Of a stretch of DNA of 15,655 nucleotides, positions 15,390 through 15,655 are shown piece after piece. A program made the translations under genes and the position numbers. This DNA is from an archaeon (GTDB taxonomy: Archaea; Iainarchaeota; Iainarchaeia; Iainarchaeales; 1-14-0-10-31-34). Location: contig JBDRIL010000033.1 in assembly GCA_043815885.1 (NCBI GenBank), positions 1 through 15,655 of the forward strand, given 5' to 3'. The notes under the pieces were generated by a model that saw only the letters and a program-made list of their open reading frames with translations, was not told the DNA's origin and did no database searches. Numbering within the stretch: position 1 is the first letter of the stretch; each line of letters opens with the position of its first letter.

Positions 15390-15515
15390 ATCAAACTTTT
15401 TAGAAAAAAGTTTGATCAAAAATGATTTTAGGCTGATTCTGTTTAGTTATAGGAAGGCATTAAAACTTTTAAAAAAAGTTTTATCAAAAAACATTGTATA
15501 CCTTCGGTATACAAT
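15390..15515. repeat. Palindromic repeats upstream of tRNA-His
   Basis: ATCAAACTTTTT-AGA-AAAAAGTTTGAT (15390-15416), TAAAACTTTT-AAA-AAAAGTTTTA (15461-15483), both running into ATCAAAAA; ATTGTATACC-TTC-GGTATACAAT (15493-15515). Confidence 0.85.
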
Positions 15516-15565
15516 AAAAAAAGGTTTTTATTCTACTTTAGACATCAATAAATACTGTGCGGAAT

Positions 15566-15655
15566 GGTTGCGGTGGTCTAGTTTGGTCTATGATAAGGGA
15601 CTGTGGAATTGTTTACAGCAATCCTTTGACTCGGGTTCAAATCCCGGCCGCGACC
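15566..15655 (+). tRNA. tRNA-His (anticodon GTG) with encoded G-1 and a 14-nt intron at 37/38 (15607-15620)
   Basis: G-1 at 15566; acceptor GTTGCGG/CCGCGAC; C73 at 15655; anticodon stem AGGGA/TCCTT; BHB central helix CTGT/ACAG with bulges GGA and CAA; T arm TCGGG-TTCAAAT-CCCGG. Confidence 0.92.

Overview
AT-rich archaeal genomic window. Evidence: BRE/TATA-like promoters, GGTGA Shine-Dalgarno motifs, an archaeal family-B DNA polymerase, a type II Met aminopeptidase, and a tRNA-His with a bulge-helix-bulge intron. The gene content suggests a DPANN lineage such as Diapherotrites/Iainarchaeota (inference). Left to right: the 3' part of a giant acidic, Cys-rich surface-type protein with an exact 81-bp repeat at 162-bp period; a RHH/UPF0175 antitoxin + PIN toxin pair bracketed by 17-bp direct repeats; an operon of five small membrane proteins, three of them gap-free paralogs; two coiled-coil proteins flanking a HerA/VirB4/FtsK-fold protein whose catalytic motifs are all degenerate; polB with His at the steric-gate Tyr; map; two membrane proteins; tRNA-Arg(GCG) and tRNA-Leu(CAG) in a cluster of short palindromes that includes a tRNA-Leu-end mimic and a MITE-like 79-bp element; a secreted metzincin; a Pro/His-rich small membrane protein; and intron-containing tRNA-His(GTG) at the window end. 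The best candidate for an undescribed system is the 4.2-8.6 kb cluster (paralogous membrane hairpins + pseudo-ATPase + coiled coils), which may encode a membrane-spanning contact or transfer machine.
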